A model generated the notes under the pieces. It was not told where the DNA came from and did no database searches. It worked only from the letters and a program-made list of their open reading frames with translations. The translations under genes were made by a program, and so were the position numbers. Positions 46,327 through 55,191 of a stretch of DNA of 64,000 nucleotides are shown here, one piece after another. The stretch comes from a bacterium. Its GTDB lineage: Bacteria; Chloroflexota; Dormibacteria; Aeolococcales; Bog-877. Each line of letters begins with the position of its first letter. Positions within the stretch are counted from its first letter, which is position 1. The DNA lies in contig JAKAXE010000003.1 in the NCBI GenBank assembly GCA_021816695.1, forward strand, positions 1,573 through 65,572, given 5' to 3'.

Positions 46327-48048
46327 CTAGGCCCTCAGCGAGACCCGTTCGATCTGGATCCGTCCGGAGAGGAGCGGGAGCCAGGGAAGCGAGAACGGGG
46401 ATTGATGGATGGTCACCGAACTGGCTCCGGGCAGCTGGGCCAGAAGGTAGGTTCTGGCGCTGCCCGGGTTCATGAACGTGACCCGGGTGCGGTATGGCGC
46501 GAGATCCACCCTGGGCGCCCAGTACCCGACGGCGTTGGAGCTCAGGGTCAAAGTCCCGCCCGGGCCCGCGGCCACGACCACGATGGTGCCGAGGTTGGGG
46601 TGGGCGAGGAGCTCACCATCCGTGGGGACCTTGGACTTCAAGTCCTGGAGGACGGCTGCACGGGCGGTCGAGGGGCTGTAGGCAGAGGCCGCGGCGGTCA
46701 CCGAGACCGTGAGTGTCTGGGTCTGACCGGCCTGGCCCACCGTGGGCAGGGTGGGGTTGGTGACCGTGAGCTGGATCCCGTTGCCGCTGGAGTCCTGGGC
46801 GATCACATCGTGGCCGGCCATGGTCTTGAGGGTCTTCTCCACCTGGGATGTGAGGTTGGAGTCGATCGTCTGCTGCTGTTGCTGTGCTGAGGAGATGTCG
46901 GAGGAGGTGAACACCTGCTGGGTCTTGGAATCCTGGCCCCCACTCATGGCCGAGGGGTTAGCGAGGCTGAACGAGAAGGGGAAACTGCCGGAGAACGGCG
47001 GACAGATCCCATCTATGCATGCGGTCGAGCTGGCGTTTGTCCAATTCCACTGCTGTCCCGCACCAACGTTGCCTTGGGAGCCGAGGCTGTTGGAGTCAGC
47101 CTGCACAGGGAGGGGGGGTGTGGAAGTCTGGCTCGAAGCGCCCTGCCCACCTTGGCAGTGCTGAACGATGTATGTCCCGCTAGCACCGGAGGAGGTGGGC
47201 GTGAAGCCAACATTTCCAGATCCCCCGGAGACCTGGAATTCCGCTCCCGATCCTGCAAAGGAGAGGCTAATCTGACCGCCTCCCCCTCCGCCGCCCGTGT
47301 AGCAGAGGTAGAGGCTGCCGGTCGCCGGGGTGGGCGGCAGGACCTGGGTCCCGCTGGGGCTCACTGTGAAGGTCTGGGTGGCCGCTGGGGTGAGCAGGGC
47401 CTCGGTGGGGATCACGTCCAGGACCCCGGACGACTGTCCACTGAGGGTGCCCTGGATGGTCACGCTGTCGTTGATCCGGTGGGACTGCACTCCGACCAGG
47501 ATCGTGGCCGAGGGGAGCAGGAACAAGACGGCCAGCACCCCGATCACGAAAACCGCGGCCCCGGACCCGACCATCCAGTTCCGGCCCCGAGGGGAATGCC
47601 ACCAGGAGCTCCAGCGGCTCTGCCCTGAGGGCTCCTCCGGCCTGGCCACCAGCTGGGAAGGGGTGCGCCGTACCAGCCCCCTGTTCGGCGATGGGGCCGG
47701 GGGAGCCTCCGGAGGCGCGGCCGCCAGCGCCGTCCCCGCGGCCACCGCGGCCGCCGTCGGCGCCGACCGCAGGGATACACCCTGCTCCAGCTGCGAGAGG
47801 GTGGTGAAGGTGGGGAATCCAGCCCGGATAGCCAGGGCCTGGACCTGGGCGTCCCCGCTCACGATCGAGACGCGCTTCTGGAAGCCCCGGGTGTACTGGA
47901 GAAGGAGCTGCAGGTCCAGCGAAGACCGCAACGCCCGTCCGTCCGGGGGAACCACGAACACCAGGTCCCGGTCGCCCTCGGCGCGGCGGATCCGGTCCAC
48001 GAGGTCGGTGATCTCGTCGGTGGGCTCGACGTAGAGCAGCTTCGACAT
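46327..48048 (-). CDS. Single-pass membrane protein with extracytoplasmic baseplate-J/gp47-like barrel
   Basis: ~95-aa N-terminal alpha/beta domain, Pro/Ala linker, one TM, then PSATI, V.A...G..GNV.AG, N..AMSGG.D patterns recalled from baseplate-J-like proteins. Confidence 0.65.
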   Translation of the reverse strand: MSKLLYVEPTDEITDLVDRIRRAEGDRDLVFVVPPDGRALRSSLDLQLLLQYTRGFQKRVSIVSGDAQVQALAIRAGFPTFTTLSQLEQGVSLRSAPTAAAVAAGTALAAAPPEAPPAPSPNRGLVRRTPSQLVARPEEPSGQSRWSSWWHSPRGRNWMVGSGAAVFVIGVLAVLFLLPSATILVGVQSHRINDSVTIQGTLSGQSSGVLDVIPTEALLTPAATQTFTVSPSGTQVLPPTPATGSLYLCYTGGGGGGGQISLSFAGSGAEFQVSGGSGNVGFTPTSSGASGTYIVQHCQGGQGASSQTSTPPLPVQADSNSLGSQGNVGAGQQWNWTNASSTACIDGICPPFSGSFPFSFSLANPSAMSGGQDSKTQQVFTSSDISSAQQQQQTIDSNLTSQVEKTLKTMAGHDVIAQDSSGNGIQLTVTNPTLPTVGQAGQTQTLTVSVTAAASAYSPSTARAAVLQDLKSKVPTDGELLAHPNLGTIVVVAAGPGGTLTLSSNAVGYWAPRVDLAPYRTRVTFMNPGSARTYLLAQLPGASSVTIHQSPFSLPWLPLLSGRIQIERVSLRA

Positions 48049-48109
48049 CTGGTTCAGTGCCTCGTCGGCATCCGCCTACCGAGCCAGGCGGCTGCGCCGA
48101 TGTGCTGGC

Positions 48110-49378
48110 TCATCGGCGGATCAACCCCGTCACCCGCTGGACCATCTCCTCCCACGTCGGCCCGGGAGGCGGAGGCGCCTCGATCTCCGCCGCCGCCTGA
48201 TAGGCGAGCCCCATGGGGGTGACGTCGGCCGGTCCCTGCAGCAACCCGGTGGTGTCGTGGACCGCGGGGAGCTCCTCCGCAGAGAGACGGGAGAAGCGCG
48301 GCGGTTGCAGGAAGGGGAGGTAATCGGTCCACCGCAGCACGGAGAGCTGCTCCAGGATCTCGGGAAGATAGGAACCACCCCCGAACAAGCGCACCTGACC
48401 GGGAAGTGGTTGGCCCTTGGCAAGGTCGTGGAGCACCAGCGCCACGCCCTGTGCCAGCACCTCCGCGGACTCCCCCATCGCCCGCCGCACCCTGGCCTGC
48501 TCGTCCCCTCCGAGAAGGCCCGCGGTGTGGCGCAGCTTCAAGCTCTCGGCCAGCGGCAGGGTGAGATCCAGGTCGTGGGCGAGCTTGCGGGTGAAGGCCC
48601 GCCCGCCGAGCTCGAACATCCGGGCGGACTCCAGGACCCCTCCCCGCACCAGGGTCACCGTGGTGGTCCGGGCACCGATGTCGACCAGGACGGCACCCTG
48701 CTCTACCACCTGCGGAGTCGAGGCCAGCCGGGCGGCGGCGTAGGGTTCGGCGACCGTCTCCAAGAGCTCCAGGTCCAGCGCCTGGGCGATCTCCTCCACG
48801 GCCGCCACGTGCTGCTCGGTGGTGAAGGTGTTGAAGACGGTCAGCTCCAGCTTCTGCCCCTGGAAGCGCAGCGGATCGACCACCGCCTGTCCATCGACCT
48901 TGGCGGCGGTGATCGATGAGTGCACCAGACGGAGCTGCTCGCCCCCGTAGGTGGCCTCCTCCTGAAGTCTGCCCTGGGCCTCCCGCAGGGCACGGCGCTG
49001 GGTCGACTCCACCAGCTCCTCCAGCTCCCGCTTGGAGACCCGCTCCTGAGCCCGACCTCGGACCTTGGACCCCTGGGTGGTCACCACTCGCACCTGGGAT
49101 CCTCCGATGCCCATCACCAGCCTCGTGGGGATGACCTCGGCCATGTCCTCGGCCGCCTCCAGGGCGGCGTGACAGCCCTCCACCACCGACTCCAAATCCG
49201 GTGGTGCCGCCGGGTCCAGCTCCCCCGGGCCCTGCTCGGCCCGGCCAACCCCCAGGACGATCGCCTCCCCGGCCTCCTTCTTCACCACCAGGGCCTTGAT
49301 CACCTGGGTGCCCACGTCCAGGGCGGTGACGTGGTAGCGCTGCTGGCGGCGAGCGGTGGGCGCGGACGACGGCGGCAT
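48110..49378 (-). CDS. FtsA-family actin-like ATPase (paralogue outside the dcw cluster)
   Basis: LDVGT, 1C-like VDG..V.DP...G..LE, EPYAAA, VDIGARTT, GG..FT..LA, AE.LK, GGGS.L; amphipathic C-terminal WEEMVQRVTGLIRR. Confidence 0.85.
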   Translation of the reverse strand: MPPSSAPTARRQQRYHVTALDVGTQVIKALVVKKEAGEAIVLGVGRAEQGPGELDPAAPPDLESVVEGCHAALEAAEDMAEVIPTRLVMGIGGSQVRVVTTQGSKVRGRAQERVSKRELEELVESTQRRALREAQGRLQEEATYGGEQLRLVHSSITAAKVDGQAVVDPLRFQGQKLELTVFNTFTTEQHVAAVEEIAQALDLELLETVAEPYAAARLASTPQVVEQGAVLVDIGARTTTVTLVRGGVLESARMFELGGRAFTRKLAHDLDLTLPLAESLKLRHTAGLLGGDEQARVRRAMGESAEVLAQGVALVLHDLAKGQPLPGQVRLFGGGSYLPEILEQLSVLRWTDYLPFLQPPRFSRLSAEELPAVHDTTGLLQGPADVTPMGLAYQAAAEIEAPPPPGPTWEEMVQRVTGLIRR

Positions 49379-49379
49379 C

Positions 49380-51926
49380 TCAGGCTTCCTCCGGGAGCTT
49401 TTCCAGGATGTTACGCAACTCCCGAAGGGCGGCGGCGTGCTCACCCTCTGGCAGGGTGCCCTGACCGAGCTCGGGCCTCCCACCACCGGCACCTCCGAGC
49501 GCCGAGCAAACCATCTTGGCCAGCTCACCGGCGGCCAGACCCCGGCCGGTCAGCTGGGGCCCCAGCAGAATCAGCAGAGTCCCGCCGGCCAGGACCACCG
49601 CGCTCCCACTGGGAGCCCGCTCCGCCAGCCGCTCGCCCAGCCGACGCATCTCAGCGCGCTCCATCGGTAACGGTGAGTCGTGCGCCGGCAACTCGCCCCC
49701 CGGGAAGGGCAGGGAGATATCCCCGCCTCCGCGGCCCTGGGAGGCCTCCCGCAGTGCCCGCTCCAGCCCCCTCGCGCGGTCGCGCAGGGTCGCCACCCGG
49801 CCGGGAACCTCGGCAGGCGGGCTGCCCAGGGCGAGAGCGGTCTGATGGAGCAGCTCCCGCTGGGCCTCCCACCACCGCTCGGCAGCCGGGCCAGCTCGGA
49901 GTTCGAGGCGGCGCAGGCCCTGCCCCACGCTTCTCTCCCCGGTGAGCACGACCGCCCCCAGCTGACCGCTGGCGGCGACGTGGGTGCCACCGCACAGCTC
50001 CCGGGAGAATCCCAGGAAGCTGACCACCCGGACCGGCTCCCGGTAGGTCTCCCCCTCGAGGGCGATGGCCCCGCTGCTCCTGGCCTCCTCCAGGGTGAGC
50101 AGCTCCACCCGCCGGGGCAGGTCCCGCCGGACAGCGTCGTTTACCCGCCTCTCCACCTGCAACACCTCCTCCGGGGTGAGCGGCCGGGACCAGCTGAAGT
50201 CGAAGGTGGCGTGGTCGGGGGTCACCAGCGACCCGCGCTGGGCCACCTCGGGACCAAGCACCAGCCTCAGCGCGGCGTTGACCAGGTGGGTGGCGGAGTG
50301 GTGCGCGGCACAGCCCAGGCGGTGGTCCGGGTCAACCTCAGCCCGGACCGCCAGCCCCGGCTTCAGCTGCCCTGAGGTGACCAGGCAGCTGAGCAGCTGA
50401 GACCGCTGCCCCCCAGGCTGGGTGTCCTCGACCTCCGCCGAGCCCCCGGTCCAGGTCAGCCGGCCTCGGTCTCCCACCTGCCCTCCGCCCTCGGGGTAGA
50501 AAGGGCTCCGATCCAGGACCACTGCTCCCCTCTCCCCCTGGTCCAGACCCTCCACTGGGCGTCCCCCGGAGAGCACCAGCTCCACTCGAGCTTCTACCTC
50601 CAGCTGCTCGTAGCCCACGAACTCGCTGGCTGGAAGGGCCGGCAGGTCGGTTCCCACGGGCCCCCGCCCCCGCTGGCGCTGCTCCTCCAGGAGCCGCTCG
50701 AAGCCCACGGTGTCGACCTCCAGCCCGCGCGAAGCCGCCAGGTCTCGGGTCAACTCGATGGGGAAGCCGAAAGTGTCGTGGAGGCGGAAGGCATCTTCCG
50801 CCGTGATCCCGGACCCCTCGGCCGCCAAGCGCAGGAACAGCCCCAGACCCCGATCGAGCACCTCGGCGAACCTGGCCTCCTCCTCAAGGAGCACTGACTC
50901 GATCTCGCCCACCTGCCCCAGGAGCTGGGGCATGGGACCCGCCAGGATCTGAGCCACCACCCGAGCGGCCGGCGCCAGCCCGCCGGTCAACCCCAGGGCC
51001 TGGGCGCTCACCAAAGCTCGGCGGACGAGGCGGCGGAGGACGTACCCCCGGCCCTCGTTCGAGGGCCGCACCCCGTCGGAGACCAGGGCGCAGGCTCCGC
51101 GCGCGTGGTCGGCGAGGATCCACAAGTGGCGGCGTCCCGCGCCCTCTCCCAGCTGATCCCGGGCCTCAGATCTACTGCGGAAGTCCTGCACCAGGGGTGA
51201 GAAGAGGTCGGTGTCGAAGATGGATGACTTCCCCTGCACCACCCGGGTTATGCGTTCCAGCCCCATCCCGGTATCCACCCCAGGTCGGGGCAGGGGAACT
51301 GATGAGCCGTCTGGCAGGCGCTCGGAGTCCATGAACACGAGGTTCCAGATCTCCAGGTAGCGATCGCCCCGTCCCGGGGATTCCTGCGGGGCGCTGCCGA
51401 ATTCCGGGCCGAGGTCGTAGTAGATCTCGCTGTCAACCCCGAAGGGGCCAGTCGGCCCCGCCTGCCAGTAGTTGTCCTCCAGGGCGACGATCCGTTCCCG
51501 GCCCACCCCGGCCACCTCTCGCCACAGGCGCTCCGACAGCTCATCCGAGGGGTGGATGCTGAAGTGCAGCCGATCGGGGTCGAGTCCCATCTCCGCCGTC
51601 AGGAACTGGTAGGCGTAGCGGATCGCCTCCTCCTTGAAATAGGACCCGAAGCTGAAGTTACCGAGCATCTCGAAGAAGGTGTCGTGCCGGGTGCTGTTGC
51701 CCACCTCCTCGATGTCCACCGCCCGGAAGGCTCGTTGGCAGGAGGTGAGCCGGGGCGCCGGTGGTTGCTTTCGCCCCAGGAAGTAAGGCTTGAAGGGCAC
51801 CATGCCGGCGCCCACCAGGAGCAGGCTGGGATCGTCCTCCGGCACCAGCGAGGCGCTGGGCACCAGGAGGTGGTCCCGAGCCTGGAAGTACTCTAAAAAA
51901 TGCGTGCGGATCTGCGAACTGAGCAA
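49380..51926 (-). CDS. alaS: Alanine--tRNA ligase
   Basis: AGMVPFK, TFFEMLGNFSFG.YFK, EIWNLVF, DTGMGLER, DH.R, HSATHL, ELCGGTHV, GGGG; start TTG 51926 estimated. Confidence 0.96.
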   Translation of the reverse strand: MLSSQIRTHFLEYFQARDHLLVPSASLVPEDDPSLLLVGAGMVPFKPYFLGRKQPPAPRLTSCQRAFRAVDIEEVGNSTRHDTFFEMLGNFSFGSYFKEEAIRYAYQFLTAEMGLDPDRLHFSIHPSDELSERLWREVAGVGRERIVALEDNYWQAGPTGPFGVDSEIYYDLGPEFGSAPQESPGRGDRYLEIWNLVFMDSERLPDGSSVPLPRPGVDTGMGLERITRVVQGKSSIFDTDLFSPLVQDFRSRSEARDQLGEGAGRRHLWILADHARGACALVSDGVRPSNEGRGYVLRRLVRRALVSAQALGLTGGLAPAARVVAQILAGPMPQLLGQVGEIESVLLEEEARFAEVLDRGLGLFLRLAAEGSGITAEDAFRLHDTFGFPIELTRDLAASRGLEVDTVGFERLLEEQRQRGRGPVGTDLPALPASEFVGYEQLEVEARVELVLSGGRPVEGLDQGERGAVVLDRSPFYPEGGGQVGDRGRLTWTGGSAEVEDTQPGGQRSQLLSCLVTSGQLKPGLAVRAEVDPDHRLGCAAHHSATHLVNAALRLVLGPEVAQRGSLVTPDHATFDFSWSRPLTPEEVLQVERRVNDAVRRDLPRRVELLTLEEARSSGAIALEGETYREPVRVVSFLGFSRELCGGTHVAASGQLGAVVLTGERSVGQGLRRLELRAGPAAERWWEAQRELLHQTALALGSPPAEVPGRVATLRDRARGLERALREASQGRGGGDISLPFPGGELPAHDSPLPMERAEMRRLGERLAERAPSGSAVVLAGGTLLILLGPQLTGRGLAAGELAKMVCSALGGAGGGRPELGQGTLPEGEHAAALRELRNILEKLPEEA

Positions 51927-51976
51927 GTGGTCCCCATCCCTGGCAGGTCGGCTGGATTCTAACAGCCACCCGGGGC

Positions 51977-52753
51977 TCAACCCTCGAGGGGCATCTCCTG
52001 CCGCAGGCGGTCGAGGGCCGCCCGCTGCAGTCGGCTGACGTGCATCTGGCTGATCCCCAGGCGCCGGGCCACCTCGGTCTGCGGCAACTGGTCCACGAAG
52101 CGGAGGATCATGATCTCCTGCTCGCGAGGGGTCAGGTGGCGCAGCGCGGTCCCCAGGACGTTCTGGAGCTCTATCCGGTCCAGGTTCTGGTCCTCGACGC
52201 CCACCCGGTCGCCGACCTCCTGGTCCTCATCCGCCCCCTGGGCTGGCGCATCCAGGGAGACGGCACGGTGGGCCGGTCCCGCCTCCAGCGCCTGGAGCAC
52301 CTCGTCCGGCTCCAGCTCCAGCTCTTTGGCGATCTCCGCCACCGTGGGGATGCGGCCAAGCCGCTGCGCCATCTCCTGCTGCACCCGGACCACCTTGGCG
52401 TAGGTCTCCTGAAGACGACGAGGAACCCTGACCGCCCAGCTCTTGTCGCGGAAGTAGCGCTTAATCTCCCCCAAGATGGTGGGGGTGGCGAAGGTGGTGA
52501 ACTCCAACCCGAGGCTGGGGTCGAACCGCTCAATGGCCGAGATCAGCCCCAGGAAGCCCACCTGCTCCAGGTCCTCCAGCGGCTCGCCACGGCCAGCGAA
52601 GCGGCGGGCCAGGGAGCGCACCAGCGCCTGGTACTGGTCCACCAGCCGCTCCCGAACCTCAGGAGTGTGGTGGAGGCGGTAATCCTCGAAGAGGCGGTGC
52701 TGCAGGTCGCGGTCGTAGCGGGGGGGGCTGCTGCGGAACCCCGCCTCGGTCAC
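51977..52753 (-). CDS. SigB/SigF/SigG-family RNA polymerase sigma factor
   Basis: LARRF..RGE..EDL.QVG..GL..AI.RFDP, FATPTI.GEIKRYFRD..W..RVPRR, ISQMHVSRL. Confidence 0.93.
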   Translation of the reverse strand: MTEAGFRSSPPRYDRDLQHRLFEDYRLHHTPEVRERLVDQYQALVRSLARRFAGRGEPLEDLEQVGFLGLISAIERFDPSLGLEFTTFATPTILGEIKRYFRDKSWAVRVPRRLQETYAKVVRVQQEMAQRLGRIPTVAEIAKELELEPDEVLQALEAGPAHRAVSLDAPAQGADEDQEVGDRVGVEDQNLDRIELQNVLGTALRHLTPREQEIMILRFVDQLPQTEVARRLGISQMHVSRLQRAALDRLRQEMPLEG

Positions 52754-53178
52754 CGCAGTCGATACTTGGCCAGACGGACGTGCAGAAGCCCGCTCCCCAC
52801 CGCCTGGAAGTCAACATCGTCGGCAAAGCAGCGGAGCATGTGGATGGCGAGATCCAACGCCTCCCGCTGGTCCCGGGTCCCGGAGGCGGCCGGGACCGGC
52901 TCACCGCGGCTGTGCAGTAGGCGCACATCCACGCGCAGGGCATCCTCCTGGACGTCGAAGGCGATGCGCACCCGGGCATCCCTGAGGCCGGCGGCCAGCG
53001 CCACACCGATGGTGTGCTCGCAGGCCTCGGCGATGGCGATGTTGAGTTCCTCCAGCGCCTCCACCCCCAGTCCGGCCACGCTGGCCATGCCTGCCGCCGC
53101 CCGCTTGGCCACCACGATGTACTGAGGGTCGGCGGGAATCCGCAGCTCGCTCTGAGAGGCTGGCGCTGTACTCATCAC
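52750..53178 (-). CDS. RsbW/SpoIIAB-like anti-sigma factor with degenerate ATP-binding boxes
   Basis: L.IPA.P.Y..V.., E.LEEL.IAIAEAC, ..ADDV; 4-nt overlap with the sigma gene. Confidence 0.8.
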   Translation of the reverse strand: MMSTAPASQSELRIPADPQYIVVAKRAAAGMASVAGLGVEALEELNIAIAEACEHTIGVALAAGLRDARVRIAFDVQEDALRVDVRLLHSRGEPVPAASGTRDQREALDLAIHMLRCFADDVDFQAVGSGLLHVRLAKYRLR

Positions 53179-53186
53179 CTCAGTAC

Positions 53187-53213
53187 ATCCCCCATCGAGG
53201 GGCTCCCCAAACC
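53187..53213 (-). promoter_or_regulatory. Candidate SigB/SigF-type autoregulatory promoter
   Basis: GGTTT-N16-GGGGAT on the minus strand, 8 nt before the rsbW-like GTG. Confidence 0.45.
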
Positions 53214-53217
53214 CAAG

Positions 53218-53387
53218 GGCCCAGGGTAACCCGCCGGCCTGGTTCCGATCCCTACACCACCAGGTGGGTGCGCCGCACGCGGCTTTCCACTTCCCCTCAA
53301 GGAGGCTTGTGGGCCACCAGCTCTGTTGGCGCTCCCGGGAACTTCATCACTAGGGTCGGGCGCTGGCGTTCGGCGGGGCCCCGGGCC
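53218..53387 (-). ncRNA. ssrS: 6S RNA
   Basis: ~170-nt rod with paired ends (GCCCGGGG..CCCGCCG / CGGCGGG..CCCTGGGC); internal GGGAGCGCC / GGCGCACCCACCTG motif as in Bacillota 6S; TGcTACCTT -10 just upstream; aspS-ssrS synteny. Confidence 0.8.
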
Positions 53388-53415
53388 GCCTCCAAGGTAG
53401 CAGATGAGCGCGGGC

Positions 53416-55191
53416 TCAGCTGTGGGCCGGAGGCGCCGCCAGCCTCAGCCCCACCTCGGCCAGCTGCGCCTCCGCCACCCGGGTGGGGGCGCCCGTCATG
53501 GGGTCCGCCCCCGTCTGGGTCTTGGGGAAGGCGATCACCTCGCGGATGGAGCTCTCCCCCAGCCCCACCATCACCATCCGGTCGATGCCGGCGGCGAACC
53601 CCCCATGCGGCGGGGGCCCGTAGCGAAAGGCGTCGATGAGGAACCCGAACTTGGTCGCCACCTCGGCCTCGGTGAGGCCCAGGACCGAGAATATCTCCGC
53701 CTGCTGGCGGGGATCGGTAATGCGCAGGGATCCCGACCCCAGCTCCACCCCGTTGCAGACGATGTCATAGGCCCGCGACCGTACCTTCTCGGGCTGAGTG
53801 CGCAGCATCCCCCAGTCATCTGGGTGCGGCTGGGTGAAGGGGTGGTGCATGGGGGACACCTCACCAGTCCGAGGATCGCGCTCAAAGAGGGGAAACTCGG
53901 TCACCCACAGGAAGTCGAACCGCCCCTCGGGGATCCATCCCAGCCGCCGGGCCGCGTGCAGCCGCACCTGCCCCAGGGACACCAGCGCGGTCTGCCGCGG
54001 CCCGGCCGTGAACAGCACCAGATCCCCGGTGGTCAACCCCAACTCCCGCCGAAGGCGCTCCGCCTCCGCCTCGCTGAGGAACTTGGAGATACCGCCCTCC
54101 AGACCGGCGTCGCGCTGCCAGCAGTAGGCCATCCCCTGAGCGCCATAGGTACGCGCCACATCCAGGAAGGCGCCCTCCAGCTCCCCCCGGGTCAGCTGGG
54201 TGCCGCCGGGGACGCGCAGGGCCGCCACCGCTCCGCCCTGGTCCAGAGCCCTGCGGAACACTTGGAACTCGCTGGCGGTGAACACCTGGGATACCTCGAA
54301 GAGCTCGTGGCCGAAGCGGGTGTCTGGCTTGTCAGAGCCGTACCTGCGCATCGCCTCGGCGAAGGGGAGACGGGGCCAGGGGGTGGGGGGCGTCACCCGG
54401 AAGGCGGCCTCCCAAGCCGCTGACACCATCTCCTCGAGCACTGAGTAGACTTCCTCCTCCTCCACGAAGGACATCTCCAGGTCGAGCTGGGTGAACTCGA
54501 ACTGTCGGTCAGCCCGCAGGTCCTCGTCCCGCCAGCAACGGGCGATCTGCAAGTAGCGGTCGAAGCCGCCCACCATGGAAAGCTGCTTGTAGAGCTGGGG
54601 CGACTGCGGCAGCGCCCAGACATGGCCCGGCCAGAGCCGGCTGGGTATGAGGAAGTCGCGGGCCCCCTCGGGGGTGCTGGGGACCATGGTGGGGGTCTCG
54701 ATCTCCACGAACCCGAGGCGGTCCCCAGCGTCGCGCAGCGCCTTGATGAAGCGGTGGCGGGCGCGCAGGTTGCGCTGCATCCTCGGCCGGCGGAGGTCCA
54801 GGTAGCGGTACTGGAGGCGAACGCGCTCGTCCGCCTCCGCCTCGTCGCCAACCCCAAGCGGCATCGCCTGAGCCTGGGCCAGAACCTCGCAGAGATCCAC
54901 CCGCACCTCGACCGCACCGGTGGGGAGGTTGGGGTTCTCGCTTCCCTCGGGCCGCCGCGCCACCACCCCCTCGGCCCGGATCACCCATTCCAGGCGGCAG
55001 CGCTCGGCAACTTGTTTCGCCTCGGGGGCGATCTCGGGGTTGAAGGTGAGCTGGACCACCCCGGTGTGGTCCCGCAGGTCGATGAAGGTCAAGCCGCCAT
55101 GGTCGCGGCGGTGGTTGACCCAACCGGCCAGAATCACCCGGCGGCCCTCGTCGGCGGCCGAGGGGGCCCCGCACATCGTTCGACCCTTCAA
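53416..55191 (-). CDS. aspS: Aspartate--tRNA ligase
   Basis: GWV..RRDHGG..FIDLRD, RYLDLRR, TPEGARDF, LPQSPQLYKQ, RDEDLRADRQ.EFTQ.D.E, PPHGG.A.G.DR. Confidence 0.97.
   Translation of the reverse strand: MKGRTMCGAPSAADEGRRVILAGWVNHRRDHGGLTFIDLRDHTGVVQLTFNPEIAPEAKQVAERCRLEWVIRAEGVVARRPEGSENPNLPTGAVEVRVDLCEVLAQAQAMPLGVGDEAEADERVRLQYRYLDLRRPRMQRNLRARHRFIKALRDAGDRLGFVEIETPTMVPSTPEGARDFLIPSRLWPGHVWALPQSPQLYKQLSMVGGFDRYLQIARCWRDEDLRADRQFEFTQLDLEMSFVEEEEVYSVLEEMVSAAWEAAFRVTPPTPWPRLPFAEAMRRYGSDKPDTRFGHELFEVSQVFTASEFQVFRRALDQGGAVAALRVPGGTQLTRGELEGAFLDVARTYGAQGMAYCWQRDAGLEGGISKFLSEAEAERLRRELGLTTGDLVLFTAGPRQTALVSLGQVRLHAARRLGWIPEGRFDFLWVTEFPLFERDPRTGEVSPMHHPFTQPHPDDWGMLRTQPEKVRSRAYDIVCNGVELGSGSLRITDPRQQAEIFSVLGLTEAEVATKFGFLIDAFRYGPPPHGGFAAGIDRMVMVGLGESSIREVIAFPKTQTGADPMTGAPTRVAEAQLAEVGLRLAAPPAHS

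Noticed and set aside
46327-48048. Prophage or contractile injection system suggested by the baseplate-J-like domain
   Set aside because: No tail, sheath, capsid, terminase or integrase genes nearby. The protein has a TM anchor and sits in a housekeeping operon.
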